This document shows, one piece after another, positions 17,524 to 31,523 of a stretch of 64,000 nt of DNA; positions within the stretch are counted from its first letter, which is position 1, and every line of letters begins with the position of its first letter. The DNA comes from the human T2T-CHM13v2.0 reference genome, Homo sapiens. The notes below the pieces were generated by a model that saw only the letters and a program-made list of their open reading frames with translations, did not search any database and had not been told where the DNA came from. Location of the stretch: the NCBI RefSeq assembly GCF_009914755.1, contig NC_060932.1; one strand, 5' to 3'. Made by a program: the position numbers and the translations under genes.

Positions 17524-18154
17524 ACAATGAGATCACATGGACACAGGAAGGGGAATATCACACTCTGGGGACTGTGGTGGGGTGGGGGGAGGCGGGAGGG
17601 ATAGCATTGGGAGATATACCTAATGCTAGATGACGAGTTAGTGGGTGCAGCGCACCAGCATGGCACATGTATACATATGTAACTAACCTGCACAATGTTC
17701 ACATGTACCCTAAAACTTAAAGTATAAAAAAAAAATAAGAATAACAAAATAAATCCAAAAAAAATAAAAAATAAAAAAAATTTAAAAAAAGACTTTTTTA
17801 TCTTTTTGCTTTTCTACGTATTATGTGATGAACATACAGTATGTAAATATACATTATTAATTATCTAATGACAAGAGGAAATAAGCTATTTTTGAAACCA
17901 CCTTTCCAATTTATAAATTTTTCTTTTAATTGCATGCAATTAATATGTATTAGGTAGAGTAAAGAAATGATTAGAAAGTATTTTCAAAAATGTATAGAGA
18001 ACATTTGCAGAAAGCTAACAAATTGAGAGTCGTAGCTTCTTCCTAGAAAACTTGCCTTATTGTGTATAGAAGTCTGGACCATCATGAACCATATCCAGAC
18101 CTCATGGGGAAATTCCATGTGGTTCAAAGAGCTATAATCAAAGAGGTAAGTCAT

Positions 18155-18242
18155 TCACACACACACACATACACTGTCTCTCACACACACAGACTCACAC
18201 ACATCCACACACATATGCATACATATACACACATGTATACAC
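18155..18242. repeat. (CA)n-rich simple repeat
   Basis: Imperfect cacacacacat/ac array. Confidence 0.85.
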
Positions 18243-19329
18243 CCAAAATACAATTATGGAGTAGAAAAGAGAAAACTGTGACAAAGTGTCCTGGCTTGGA
18301 GTTGGAATATACTCAGTTCTCGGTTTATTCTATGAAAGGAGCCCCCTTACCTGTTCTTTTTTGTTGTTCTGGACTTTACTGTCCATGATAGTCTTTCTTG
18401 TCCATTTTCCTCCATGGTCACATATGCCATAGACTTTGAAGTCACGTCTTGGCGACTGCTTTCTATTAATCTGGTTTTGAAGCTTAGCCATGGCTTCAGA
18501 AGTCAAGTAACGAGAGGCTACTACAAGCCAGACTTTTCATTTCTTTGGCGCCAACCCCTCAAAAGTTTCTGTTCTATTTGCCTCTAGATGGTTACATATT
18601 CACGTTACCACAGCTGAAGTTCTCAACTGGGATCATTTTTAAACCCGAAAGCTCTGATCATTTATTTACTGGCCTCTGTGTTCTTACTACTCTTATCCCT
18701 TTCAATTTAGTGGCAGTCATTTTGACATGTCGTTTACAATAAGGAAAAAAGAATATCCCTTAGAAAAGTATTTGTTAGTTTCTGGATGGTGTCTGTGGTC
18801 TGTCAAAGAAAAATTCAGGGAAGCTGCTTGTGAGGAGTTTGGGCTTAGAAATCTTGTCTCCAGCGACAGTATCTGTTCAGAGCCATCTCATACAAAGGCT
18901 TCATTTTGGAATAAAAGCAGTTGGCTTTTTCAACACTGGATTTTAAAACCCAGAGGCTCCATTATTAGATTTCATTCTGTTGACAACCTTTTCATCTCAG
19001 CGAGCAAAATGATGTATTACAGCCCAAATTCATTTCACTAATAGGACTTTACTATAAAAGGTAAAAATAACCAACATACATCAAATTTCTGCATTTTTCT
19101 TAACATGTGCTCTGTAGGCATACAAACTGACTTCCAAGGTATCACAGATAATGGATTTGCCACACATACTGGTATGACATAGCAAGTGTCACCTGCTGGC
19201 AAACCTGCAATATCGGCACCCTTGCTATTGCCACCCGACCACTGAGACTATGCATCAAGTTTTAGGTTCTGTTAAGGCATCCCATTTCCAGACACTGTAC
19301 TAAGGCTGGTGATTGTTCAAATGTTGCTT

Positions 19330-19750
19330 TGGACTCCTTAGGGAATCCTAAAACAAACAATGTTTACCTTAAACAAAATAGATGTCACAACAAGCCCAAG
19401 AAAGTAGGTCAAGTCTCCTCTGCTAAGCCCTCAGGGACACAGACAACTTCTGTCTTGTGTCCCTTTAATCTTCAAGAGAAGCTTCTTCCATCTTTTGATT
19501 CAAGACAGTGGTTCCAGTTTCTACCCTGGGAATGGAGAACAAGACCGTATCACATGCTGTTAAAGCACAGCCCAAAATGTCATAGCTCATTTTCATTCAG
19601 ATGTCATTGACCATAGTTTAGCCACATGTCCATACCCAGCTACATAGGAAGCTGGAAAATATAATCCTTAGCTGTGCTGAGTCCAAAAGTCTATGATGTA
19701 TGAAAAAGGGTGAATGTATTGTGAGGAAAAAACTAGCAGTTTGTATCACT
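19330..19750 (-). mobile_element. Old MLT1J/K-like LTR
   Basis: cattgaccatagtttagccacatgtccatacccagctacataggaagctggaaaatataatc is typical of antisense old MLT1. Confidence 0.55.
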
Positions 19751-19789
19751 TACATAAGATGCATATTTAAGTAATCAAAATGATGAGTG

Positions 19790-20480
19790 CCCCAAAGGAA
19801 AAATTGGCAGACAGAAGCAAAAAACTCTAAAAAGAAGAAAGAAAAGTTATTAAACCATTTAAAAGTAAACCTACCTAGAGATCCAAGAATGCAACTGGAA
19901 ACAGTGAACATATACATATTTCTATCAAATTTAAAATAGTCTAAAAAATTATAATACCTGTTGTCATCATGATTTCAGTGAGACATACATCTCCATATTG
20001 TTAGAAGTGTGTAAATGCGAACAAACTGCAGGAAACAAATTGGTCATCTGTCTCAAGAGTGTTTACATTATGCAGTCCTTTTGCTGCAGCAATTTCATTT
20101 CTAGAAATCCACCTTAAGGTAACAATGATAGATGAGATAAGCGATTTTCATAAAAGAATGCTCACTGACACTGTATTTACAATTGCAAAAATTTAAAAAT
20201 CTAAATGCCCAATAAAAGAGAATGACAATAATAATCATGATTGAGACACATACTAGAATAGTAATCAGCTGTTAAAAATCATGTTTCAATAGAATATTTG
20301 GCAAACTTCCCTAATGCAACACTTGAATAAAAGTAAAACTAGGATATGACATTATTTTATAAAATGGAGTCTAAACTGTGAGTAGGTATTAAATTTTATA
20401 TCAAAATACCTCAAAATTATAAAGCAAATTGTATTTTTTATGATTTTTTGCATTTCCATGTTATCTACAGTGTACGCGTT
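19790..20480 (+). mobile_element. L1ME-type 3' fragment
   Basis: ctttt..cagcaatttcatttctagaaat..aagaatgctcactgacactgtatttacaattgcaaaaa..ctaaatgccc. Confidence 0.6.
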
Positions 20481-20991
20481 TTAATTTAATAGATCAGAAA
20501 GTCAATGATGTTATATTCAAAGTTATTCAGATGAAGATGACTATGTTCCTCAAAACTCAAAACTAAACCTCAGCAGATTATCAGGAAATCGTCTTCATTT
20601 GCTCAGTTCATAACTGACTCTAACAGCTGCTTGTTCATTTATATTTTCTTTACTTCTCTTTTTGCTGAACTTGTTAACTCAATGAATTGATAGATATTTG
20701 AAAAATGAGTTTCATATGAAAGAAAATTCCCTTACTCATCCTAGTCTTTCTTTGGCTAATGTATTTTGTTATTCATTACAGTGTCCTGCCCACATGCGTA
20801 GTGGCATAAATGTCTGCTCTTTGAGCTCAGTCAGAAATTAATACTTTTACCTTTATGCTGATTTTTCATAATATATGGAATGAGTTAATGGGCTCAAATT
20901 TTATTTTCACCAACTAAAATTACGGAGAAGAAAATTAAAGGCAAAAATATTGTTTAAATTGACATGAAAAATATATTTTAAGTAATCACAG

Positions 20992-21240
20992 AATAGCAAT
21001 GGTTAACCTTCTCTGATTGTGCCAGATACCACACTAAGTGCTTAGCAGTTCTTGGCCTATTGTGTCCTCACATCAATTCTCTGAGGCAAGTGCTATGATT
21101 AGCTTCATTTTACAGGCGAGGAGTCTGAAGCACAAGGAGTTATATACTTGTCCAGGATTGCTCAGCAGTGAGGGGTGGAGTTGCAACCCAATCCAAGGCA
21201 ATGTGGCTACAGCGTCTGCACATTTGGCCAGATCACAACA
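20992..21240 (-). mobile_element. MIR
   Basis: tgtgccagataccacactaagtgctt..cattttacaggcgaggagtctgaagcac (MIR core). Confidence 0.75.
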
Positions 21241-21571
21241 CTGTCTCATCATATCAAGAACGATGATAGAATCACCCATAAGTTTTCAACAGCACAGCCT
21301 CTGGTAACAAGAGAAAGTTATGTCCTCCCTTATTACAGCTAAAGAAAATAAATTGCTTCTATGTTGATACCATCAGAGACAGTTTCTCATTTTTACTTTT
21401 AGCAGATCTGCTGTGGTACATTTGATAACTCGGCAGAATCCAATAAAGGGAATGACAGAGGGAATATCAGATTCAGAACAGACATAGCTGGTCAGTGGCG
21501 AGAACAATAATAAAACATTTGATCACCTTGAGTAGTAAGCACTACATAACATCACGATATGCATTCATGAA

Positions 21572-21594
21572 TGTGTGTGTGTGTGTGTGTGTGT
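21572..21594. repeat. (TG)n microsatellite
   Basis: Direct read. Confidence 0.9.
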
Positions 21595-22977
21595 CATGTC
21601 TTGATATGCCATATATCTGTCCTTTGAAGTATCTTCTTCAATTCATCATCCAGCTTCAAATTCAGACCTGCAAAAATGCTCTAGGCAAAAGGTGTCCTTT
21701 CAACTGATCTGTTTGTTATTGTAATGAGAGCACATTTTATGTGCATGGCCCAATATTTTAGAATTAAGAGCATATACAAAAAATGATACAATATTCAGTG
21801 AAATGTTCATCAAATCCATCCAGCTGCACCAGAGGCAGCTTTTATGATTCTCAAAAGGAAAGTCGGATTCCTTGGAACAATAAAACAACTGCACTTATGT
21901 AACTGACATTTGATGAGGTGAGACAAATGTTCCTTCAGATTTCCAGAGCTGGCATATCCAAAGTAGCAGGTCAGTGTAGAGCAGTGTATGCGTGTGTGCA
22001 TGTTGTACATGCACATCAGCTACTGTTTGGTCTAATAATTGGAGCCCAGCTATTGTGCTGGATGATGCTCTGATCTAATTATTGCATTCTGCCATTTCAG
22101 GTAACTCTGACAAGCCATCCTGTGCATATGCCTCATGACTTTAATTGCAAGGAGCTGAAAATAAAGCTATTTCTCAAGTTTTTTGTGTCTTCAAGTGCCA
22201 CAGCATCCAGCTCTCAGAACTCTTTACATTCCCTTTATGCTCTATTTAGGGTTTCATTGAAATCTATTATATTTCACATCATAATGAGAGGGGAGCAATC
22301 AAGTTGTTTTGAAAGATATCAGCAAATATCTTGGACCAAATTCCAGAGGTAGTTTTAATGCTCCCAGGATCTTTTTAACATTAAACCCTATTGACCTAGG
22401 ATCTAGCAATCACTCCTTTCATAGTGGCCAAAAAATATACATGTATCTGAGATCTGGGGGAAAAATAATGACTCAAAAATATGAAAAAAATAAAATTTTA
22501 AAAAATTATGTAATTTCTGCCAACACAGCACTGTGTCATCCTGTGAGCTACAACTCAATTATTAGTTACATATGAATTTTGTTACATTCATTTTGATGTT
22601 GATATATTTTAAAGAGTGAGAAATAATGTACAATTGTCATCATAAATTGAAAGAACCTAATTGCCTAAACCCTATTTTAATTAATAGTAGGATTGTCACA
22701 ATTCTTTACCCTGGTTCTCCAGATGTTCAAATGTATGAGTTAATCATTTAACATAAATGATATATATCATTACGGTCTGTTGAAGGTTGGCTAGTTTGGG
22801 TTAAAAATCAGCTTCTAAGTCTGGTCCCTACCACCAGTTACACAAGGGCAATTAGAAATAAGCAGTTATGAAAATTCTGCTACAAAACCAGAAGACTCTT
22901 TTGGCATGCTGAACTTTATCTTATATTCATAGCCAAAGGAGAAGCCTCTTTTTCATTAACAATTATCACTTTTGTTA

Positions 22978-23170
22978 TAGCCCTGGTTCATAACCTTGGC
23001 TGCACATCAGAATCCCATATAGAGTTTTCAAAATTACATACACCCAGGCATCACCCAACACCTCTGAATCAGAATCTCAGAGGAAGGCCCAGGAATTTAT
23101 TTATATTATATATATATTTTTAAAAATTACAGGTGATTTAGATGTACTGCTGCTGTGGGAAGAAATAGCC
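22978..23170. mobile_element. MER5A (hAT-Charlie MITE)
   Basis: aaccttggctgcacatcagaatc..ctctgaatcagaatctc..gcccaggaat..caggtgatt. Confidence 0.75.
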
Positions 23171-23880
23171 TAACAAGTTAAAATGGGCAGATGTCACTGA
23201 TGCCTTATCATCAAAATGAACTTCAATGCGGCTGACGGTGTCGTTAATGGTGCAATGTGTCAAATTTGGTCATGTTTTCAAGTGCCATTTCTGGTTACGT
23301 TGCTGCCTTGTTTTAAATGGACTGAGGTTTTTTGTAACTTCAGTTGCAGACAATATTTTCTGAGAGTGCACGAGAAATATCAATTTTCTGCAGAGATTAT
23401 ACCACCCCCTAACAGAGTGGAAAGCCACTATTTTACTTCTTTAATGCTGACAAGGCATCTAAAGGGAGACCATTTATCTTTCCTGATAGTTCAGGAAAAA
23501 GACAAATGCATGTCTCCTTACTGTATTATCAAAACCAAACAAACAAAAACCAAATTAACTCACCAAATTTGTGAAACAATGACACTTGTAATGAGAGCCT
23601 TTTGAGATAATAGAATAAAAATATTACCTGTTAAAATGTACACACTACACTTTGAACAGAATGACAGTTTATTCTCTTACATTCTATAACCTTAAGAATG
23701 ATTTGCTTTCTCTTCATCTTCACTCTGTAAGAATGCTTACCAACAGACAAAAAGAAACTTCCCGAATTCCAACAACAAAGTAACAATGGATTTGAAGAAA
23801 GGGAAAACAGTAATCTGACAACATTCAGTCTTTCCACTGATGACCTGACCCTTTCAAAGTTGTCCAAAATAACAAGTCAA

Positions 23881-24628
<748 letters not shown>

Positions 24629-24704
24629 CATGCTTTCATTAATTACACAGTTTTAAAAAATAACTTGCTAACTTTGAGTTTGAGTAAAATAACATTTCAT
24701 TTAC

Positions 24705-25020
24705 ATTCCTGAATTCAGCCCCATTCAAAACAGGCGATCTTGAGTAAGCTACTTAAGCCTGCTCAGCCTCAGTTGACTCATTTGCAGAAGACCATCTCAT
24801 AGAACTCTTATGAGGTCTAAATATGACAGTGTATATAATGCACATAATACTACTACTTATTGAGGGCTTATTATCTAATCCAAAAGTATTCTTTAAATGA
24901 ACAAATTGACACACTAAAGATTTGAATGACTTCCTAATGGCACCAGAGCTAGGAGTGAAACACCTAAATCTAAATCCTAAATCTAGAATACTTTCCTAAA
25001 TCTAGAATACTTTCCACTAC
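24705..25020. mobile_element. Two opposed MIR fragments, with a 19-bp tandem duplication (cctaaatctagaatacttt) at 24976-25014
   Basis: cttgagtaagctacttaagcc..cagcctcagtt..ctcatttg (+), then gaatgacttcctaatggcaccagagctag (-). Confidence 0.55.
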
Positions 25021-25260
25021 ATCATTTTGTGCTTATGAAATTATAAAAATACTGGATCATTTTTCCATTTATTTCTCAATGTTATCTATGTTAGTGAGCC
25101 TCAGTCAGAAGAACGACAACTTTAAAATTTGCTTTGCAATACAGGAAGCAAGCAGATATGCTATGTGTGATCTTATTTCAATAAAGTTGCAAAGTAACAC
25201 AAACCAAGTATTCACACATACACAGATACAATGCCTCTGAAATGGCACCTAAAAACAACA

Positions 25261-25280
25261 TGTGTGTAGTGTGTGTGTGT

Positions 25281-25314
<34 letters not shown>
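25261..25314. repeat. (TG)n microsatellite
   Basis: Direct read. Confidence 0.9.
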
Positions 25315-25317
<3 letters not shown>

Positions 25318-26719
25318 CTTGGTTTCTGCCTCTTTGCAACCGTATTCTCTTCTACTTATAAAGTAGTATCCTCATTTCTTCAGTTTTCTTCAGCTACAAG
25401 GAAGCCTGGGGCATCACCAGCCACAAGCTTGGCCAACTTCAATGGAGGCAGCCAGAATAAAAAATTTGACAGGGCTCAGTTAACCAGCACTCTTTCACCA
25501 GGAAGGCATTTAAATTTGTTAACTGCAAGTATGGCAAGTATAACTCTGCCAGCTTTACTTATGCAATAAGCTTAGTACCTTCAAATAAAGTGAACTTAAC
25601 TCCATTACTAGACCAGGCAACTCAACTATTTCAGGTTTCAATAAACCACATTTAACTCTCACAATGTCAACTTAGCTATAATCAATGTCAGCAGAAAAAA
25701 TGGTTTTGTTATTAATATAAGAGCATTTTGAGCTAATCATATTATTTACTAATTAATTCATCATTTCTTGGCTACTTTGTCTTTTAATACTTGGTTTTAA
25801 TCTTTAAAATTGTATTATGATCAATTAAAATAGCCTGATTTAATTTCGTCTAGCTTTTTTTGAATAAACATAATTGTTTTTAAAAGAACTGTTTTATTGT
25901 GTAAGTATATTTCTGCATTTCTAGATGTAATGGGAACTATTTACTCTAAAGGAATTAAGAGATTTATTGTCAAGAATTCTGCTGTGTCATAAACTAAAAC
26001 ATAAAATGGAAAATCACTGTGAACTTACTATGAAAAAGTGATAAACTTTGTTGTCTAATGCTATGATTCATAAAGCTTTACTCAAAATCCTCTGGCTCAA
26101 TTTTAGAAACCTTATAATCAGTTTTTCTGTTTAAACCTATAATCACTTCCATTTTTCATGTCAGCAGTTTGTGACACTCAGAATTCCTTCCGAAGTATTT
26201 TAATTTCATCAAAAATATGTAACACAGATAAGATCCCCTTCTACAGCACACAGGATAAGCTTTCTCACTGTTAGCAGGATTGTCCTGTCTTTTTCAGGTA
26301 AATCTTCTCAAAATGTAACTCACCTGATACTTATAAAAGGTATAAGCATTATTATAAAGGTAATAATTTTGATATTTTTGTATAACATGCAATAATCTGA
26401 CATAGAGGTATTAGTACCACCAATTATTTTAAAAGATCTATGCATCAGGCAGGTTTTGTAGATAATTCAAAATCATATTCAAAAAGATTAAATGAATTAA
26501 GATTTAATTACCCAAATATTCTCAAAATGCCAGGCAGTATGATAGCTAGTATCTATTCCTCAAATCACCCACCTCAGTGATTCTAAAAGAAATAACCCCA
26601 TAGGGAAATGGCACAAGAAACATCAATTTGATGTTCAAGACTTGGTTGATCTTGCCATTTATGCCCCTATAATTTCTATCTTCTTAAAAGCAAGAAAATT
26701 TTGTGCTTCAAATAGCATG

Positions 26720-27370
26720 AGTTCACTCTTATACAGCGGAGGGTAATTCAATATGTGGTTTTCTTCCAATTCAAAGCAAGGAGAGAGGACAGCAAGAGGA
26801 ACTTTGCAGTAAAGAAACCCAACAGACACTACTTCTGCCAGTTGGTCAAGGTCAACATCAATTATCACAAGTCATGTCGATAGTATGCATCCTTGATATA
26901 AGGAGATGAAAATGATGCTATATCTGTTCTTCCTTCCAATAACTATAGCACCAGTTTTATCATAAGAAAATAATCAGACGAATTCCAATATTGGGCAACC
27001 TACAGAACATCTAACCAGGATTCCTCAAAATTGTCAAGGGCATCAAAAACAAGAGTTGTCTAAGAAACTGTGACAGCTAAGACAAGCCTAAAGAGACACG
27101 GCAACAAAACGTAACGTGGTATCCTGAATGGGATCCTGGCGCAGAAAAAGAAACACTACGTAAAAAACTAAAGAAATCTGAATAAACTGTGGATGTATAT
27201 GTTAATAACAATATACAAATATTGGTTCACTAATTGTGACAGATGACCCACACTAATGTAAGATGTTAATAATAGGGGAAAGTGCACATAGACTATATGA
27301 GAATCCTCTTTACTGGCTTCTTAATTTTTCTGTAAATCTAGAAATGTTCTAAGAAAGGAAGTCCATTAGA
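26720..27370 (+). mobile_element. L1MC3/4-like 3' UTR
   Basis: ggtcaaggtcaacatca..gtggtatcctgaatgggatcctgg..cagaaaaag..taatgtaagatgttaataataggggaaa. Confidence 0.75.
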
Positions 27371-27461
27371 AAAATCCCAAAAGTCCACCCAGAAAAAAAA
27401 AAAAAGGCGAGTGAAGGCATAAAATGCATTCACACATTTTCAACAAAAAAATCTACTGTGA

Positions 27462-27844
<383 letters not shown>

Positions 27845-28289
27845 TTCCCTTTCTGTCAAACAAACAATGAACACATGTGCAATGATATTCAGCAAGGCAA
27901 TTTAGTTAGAAGAGGATACAAATCAAGAATTATGCAGAAAATATAGGCCAATGGGGCTAGTATCATTAGTAGTTTTAATTAGTAGTTTCTTGCTATTAAC
28001 CTAGGTATGTCATCAGATGGGCTCCTTAATGAATTGGTCCTCTTTCTTGCTTTATGCCACTGGGCTCAACTCAATTTCCCTCTTAAAAATTTGCCAAAAA
28101 CAAAAGCAACTGTCCATCACATGACACGTAAATGGGAGTACATACCTATTTCATTTAAGCAAAGCACACTTGTTAAAACACAACTATTTTTACATGTCAG
28201 CGAAGATGGCATTGCGAGTTGGCACACTGCTCTCAGCTTCTCATTACCACCCTTCTTGCTTGCTTGCTTGCTTTCTCTTCCTTCTTTTT

Positions 28290-28780
28290 AATGTAAAATT
28301 CTTTGCTGAAGCATAACAAAGAAATAAGAAAGTTCAGCCCAATGGATTTTCAAAGTGAATACATCCACGAGGTAAGCACCTAGAAACAGAGCATTACTGA
28401 ACTCCTGTAGCCCCAGTGTGTCCCCTTCCAGACAGAAGCCTCCAATGGTAACCACTATCTCAAGATCTAAAAGAATTGGTTTGTTTTGCTTGTTTTTTGA
28501 AATACATATAAATGGAATCCTATGGTGCATATTTTTTTTGTGTGGGTCCTTTTAGCCATTATTATGAATCCTATGGTGCATATTTTTTGTGTGTGGGTCC
28601 TTTTACCCATTATTATGTTTGTCAGCTTTATCCATGCCACTGCATTTTAAAAATTTTTCTGTGATTGAATTATGCCATTGTATGAATACATAACGACTTA
28701 CCCATTCTACTGGGTTGGGTTGTTTCCAGTTTAGCACTGTTGCAAGTAGTATTGCTATGAACGTGGCTATAATTGACTGT
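28290..28780 (-). mobile_element. L1ME fragment containing a 51-bp tandem duplication (28515-28616)
   Basis: gaatcctatggtgcatatttt..ccattattat twice; ttgtttccagtttagcactgttgcaagtagtattgctatgaac. Confidence 0.65.
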
Positions 28781-29514
28781 TACCCTCTGGTTAACTTTGC
28801 TGCACCTCCATGGCCTAGAATCTCCAGGAAGGAAGTCAACTAAATATTTCCTGAAATCACAAGCCCATGTGTTTGTGCAAAATCACTTTTAAATTTCTGC
28901 ATACCTTTAATGATGCCATTCAAAAAGGGCCAAGGCCACATTTTTCTCAGTCTACCTGGTAAGTGATGAAAGTGTTCCTCTAAGTGTAGGCAAGCAAAGA
29001 AGAAGGATGGTGGTATTGAAAACAGAAAGGGCTACACTTCAGGCAGGAGAGAAGCTTAGCATTAGCTGATGTCAATGCAGTGTAACGAGTGGGCATTTAA
29101 TGTTATGGTTATGGTATAATACAAGAAACCAACAGAGTCCTGAACAAAAATAAATTCCTGCTCTTGGACACTTTACCCAGCTATTGCCACACAATAACTT
29201 TGGACTAATTACTAGACCTGTTTCTTTGGTCTCTGATGACAAAGTTCCCCTTCAAGAGGATTTCCGCTGCTTTCCAGCCACTAAAAACTCTAGGTGGTAA
29301 GTGTATATGTGCATGTGTTGAAATCCTCATACTTGAAGTAGATCTTGTTAATTACTACATAATTGAGTTAATCCAATGTCGCAGCAAAATATTCTTCTGA
29401 ATCCCAAGTTGTCTGAGGTACAAATTTGTCACTGAACATCATCTGAAACTCTCCATGCAAAATTCGTTTACTGAAGCCCAGGTGAGAATCTGTAAGGAAT
29501 AATTTAAGCATATA

Positions 29515-29877
29515 CAGACAGTCCCCAACTTAAGACGGTTCAATTTACAATTTTTCAACTTTACGATGGTGCAAAAGCAATATGCGTTCAGTAGAAACCA
29601 TATTTCAAATACCCATACAACCCTTCTGTTTTTCACTTTCAGTATAATATTTAATAAATTATAGGAGATATTTAACACTTTATGATAAAATAGGCTTCAC
29701 ATTAGATGCTTTTGCCCAATGGTGAGCTAAGGTAAGTGTTCCGAGCATGTTTAAGATAAGCTAAGCTGAGCTATGATGTCTGGTTAGGTGTATTAAACAC
29801 ATTTTTGACTTAATGATATTTTCAACTTACCATGGATTTACTGGGATATAACCCCATGGTAAGTCAAGGAACATCTA
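29515..29877 (-). mobile_element. MER47A (TcMar-Tigger non-autonomous DNA transposon), complete
   Basis: ~363 bp; TIR-like ends cagacagtccccaacttaag / gtaagtcaaggaacatct; TA on both flanks. Confidence 0.85.
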
Positions 29878-30364
29878 TATATTTATTTTCAGCATGTATT
29901 AATCATAATAGTATTTTAAGAGACATTTTACAAGAGAGATGAATTATAGATTCTGAGGCTATGACATGGCCATTAAATAACCTCTGCTGACAAATAAATT
30001 CAGAAAACCCTTAGAAAAGAAAAAAGTTATTCTCCATAATTTCCTCTAATGTTGACTAAAGGAAAAGAAAGTAATCAAGGTACCAACTTTTTCTGAGTTG
30101 AAGTAAAATTGATCACAAGGTCTTTCATCTGTTTATACCCGAGGCTAAAGATTGCAATCAAGCTAAGAGGTTTCCTTTACAATAACGTGTAAAAAAGATG
30201 CTTTTGTAGAAAGAATTTAGTATAGCCTCAGAGTTGCACATTTTTCTAAACCTCCATAGTAGGAACATCTCTGAGATAGAGACAACATTGGCCAAAATTT
30301 TAAGTCCTCAAACCTTTAGCCTACACATTACCTCCCTAAAAGGGGCCAAAGAATAAATGCAGAG

Positions 30365-30789
<425 letters not shown>

Positions 30790-31384
30790 TCAGATGGGTC
30801 AAGAATGCCATTTGCTCCTACAGCACACATAAGGAAGATGAGACCAAGTTTTTGGATAATTAAATATTTTACCAAATGGGAAAGGCTTAGAAAATTACTA
30901 GCTGGTAATGAGCATGCAATAAACATGAGCTTTCATTTGTATCATTCCCTAGGCTCACTACTTGATCCTGACCCTATAGCTTTTAATATTCTGATGGTGA
31001 TAAGAGGCATAAAAACATAAACCAATAAAAATAGTTTTCTCACTAGAGCATCTCATTCTGTCATTTCTTTTGTGTCCTAACCTTAACCATATTTGGCTTC
31101 TAAAGTTGCAGAAAACTTCCCCAGGCTCATTTGACCATATCGATGTCATGGAGTTCTGAGAGAAAGAATTCAGGGAGAAGCATGATTAAAGAAGGGAGTG
31201 ATCCCTGCAAAAGATGCCTAACAAATATCAAAACTTCCCCAGGATAATAGCCTCAATGTGTATTACGTATTGTGATTAACAGCTCTTACAGTGGTGCAAG
31301 GAAGCAAAACCAAGGGGAAGGAACAAATCCCACCACAATGAAGAGAGGTATTTGGGCCATACAAACTCTTATAAAAGCCTGGTT

Positions 31385-31523
31385 CTCTACTCAAGAGTCT
31401 GAGGCAGAAGGATTGCTTGAGCCTAGGTGTTTGAGGTTACAGTGAGCTATGATCGTGCCACTGCACTCCAACCTGGGCAACAACATGGTGAGACCGTGTC
31501 TCTAAAAAATTATAATAATAATA
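31385..31523 (+). mobile_element. FRAM/AluJ right-arm fragment
   Basis: ggattgcttgagcctagg..tgaggttacagtgagctatgatcgtgccactgcactcc. Confidence 0.8.

Noticed and set aside
23216-23605. 129-aa ORF (MNFNAADG...)
   Set aside because: No recognisable domain and no convincing exon boundaries or promoter; consistent with chance
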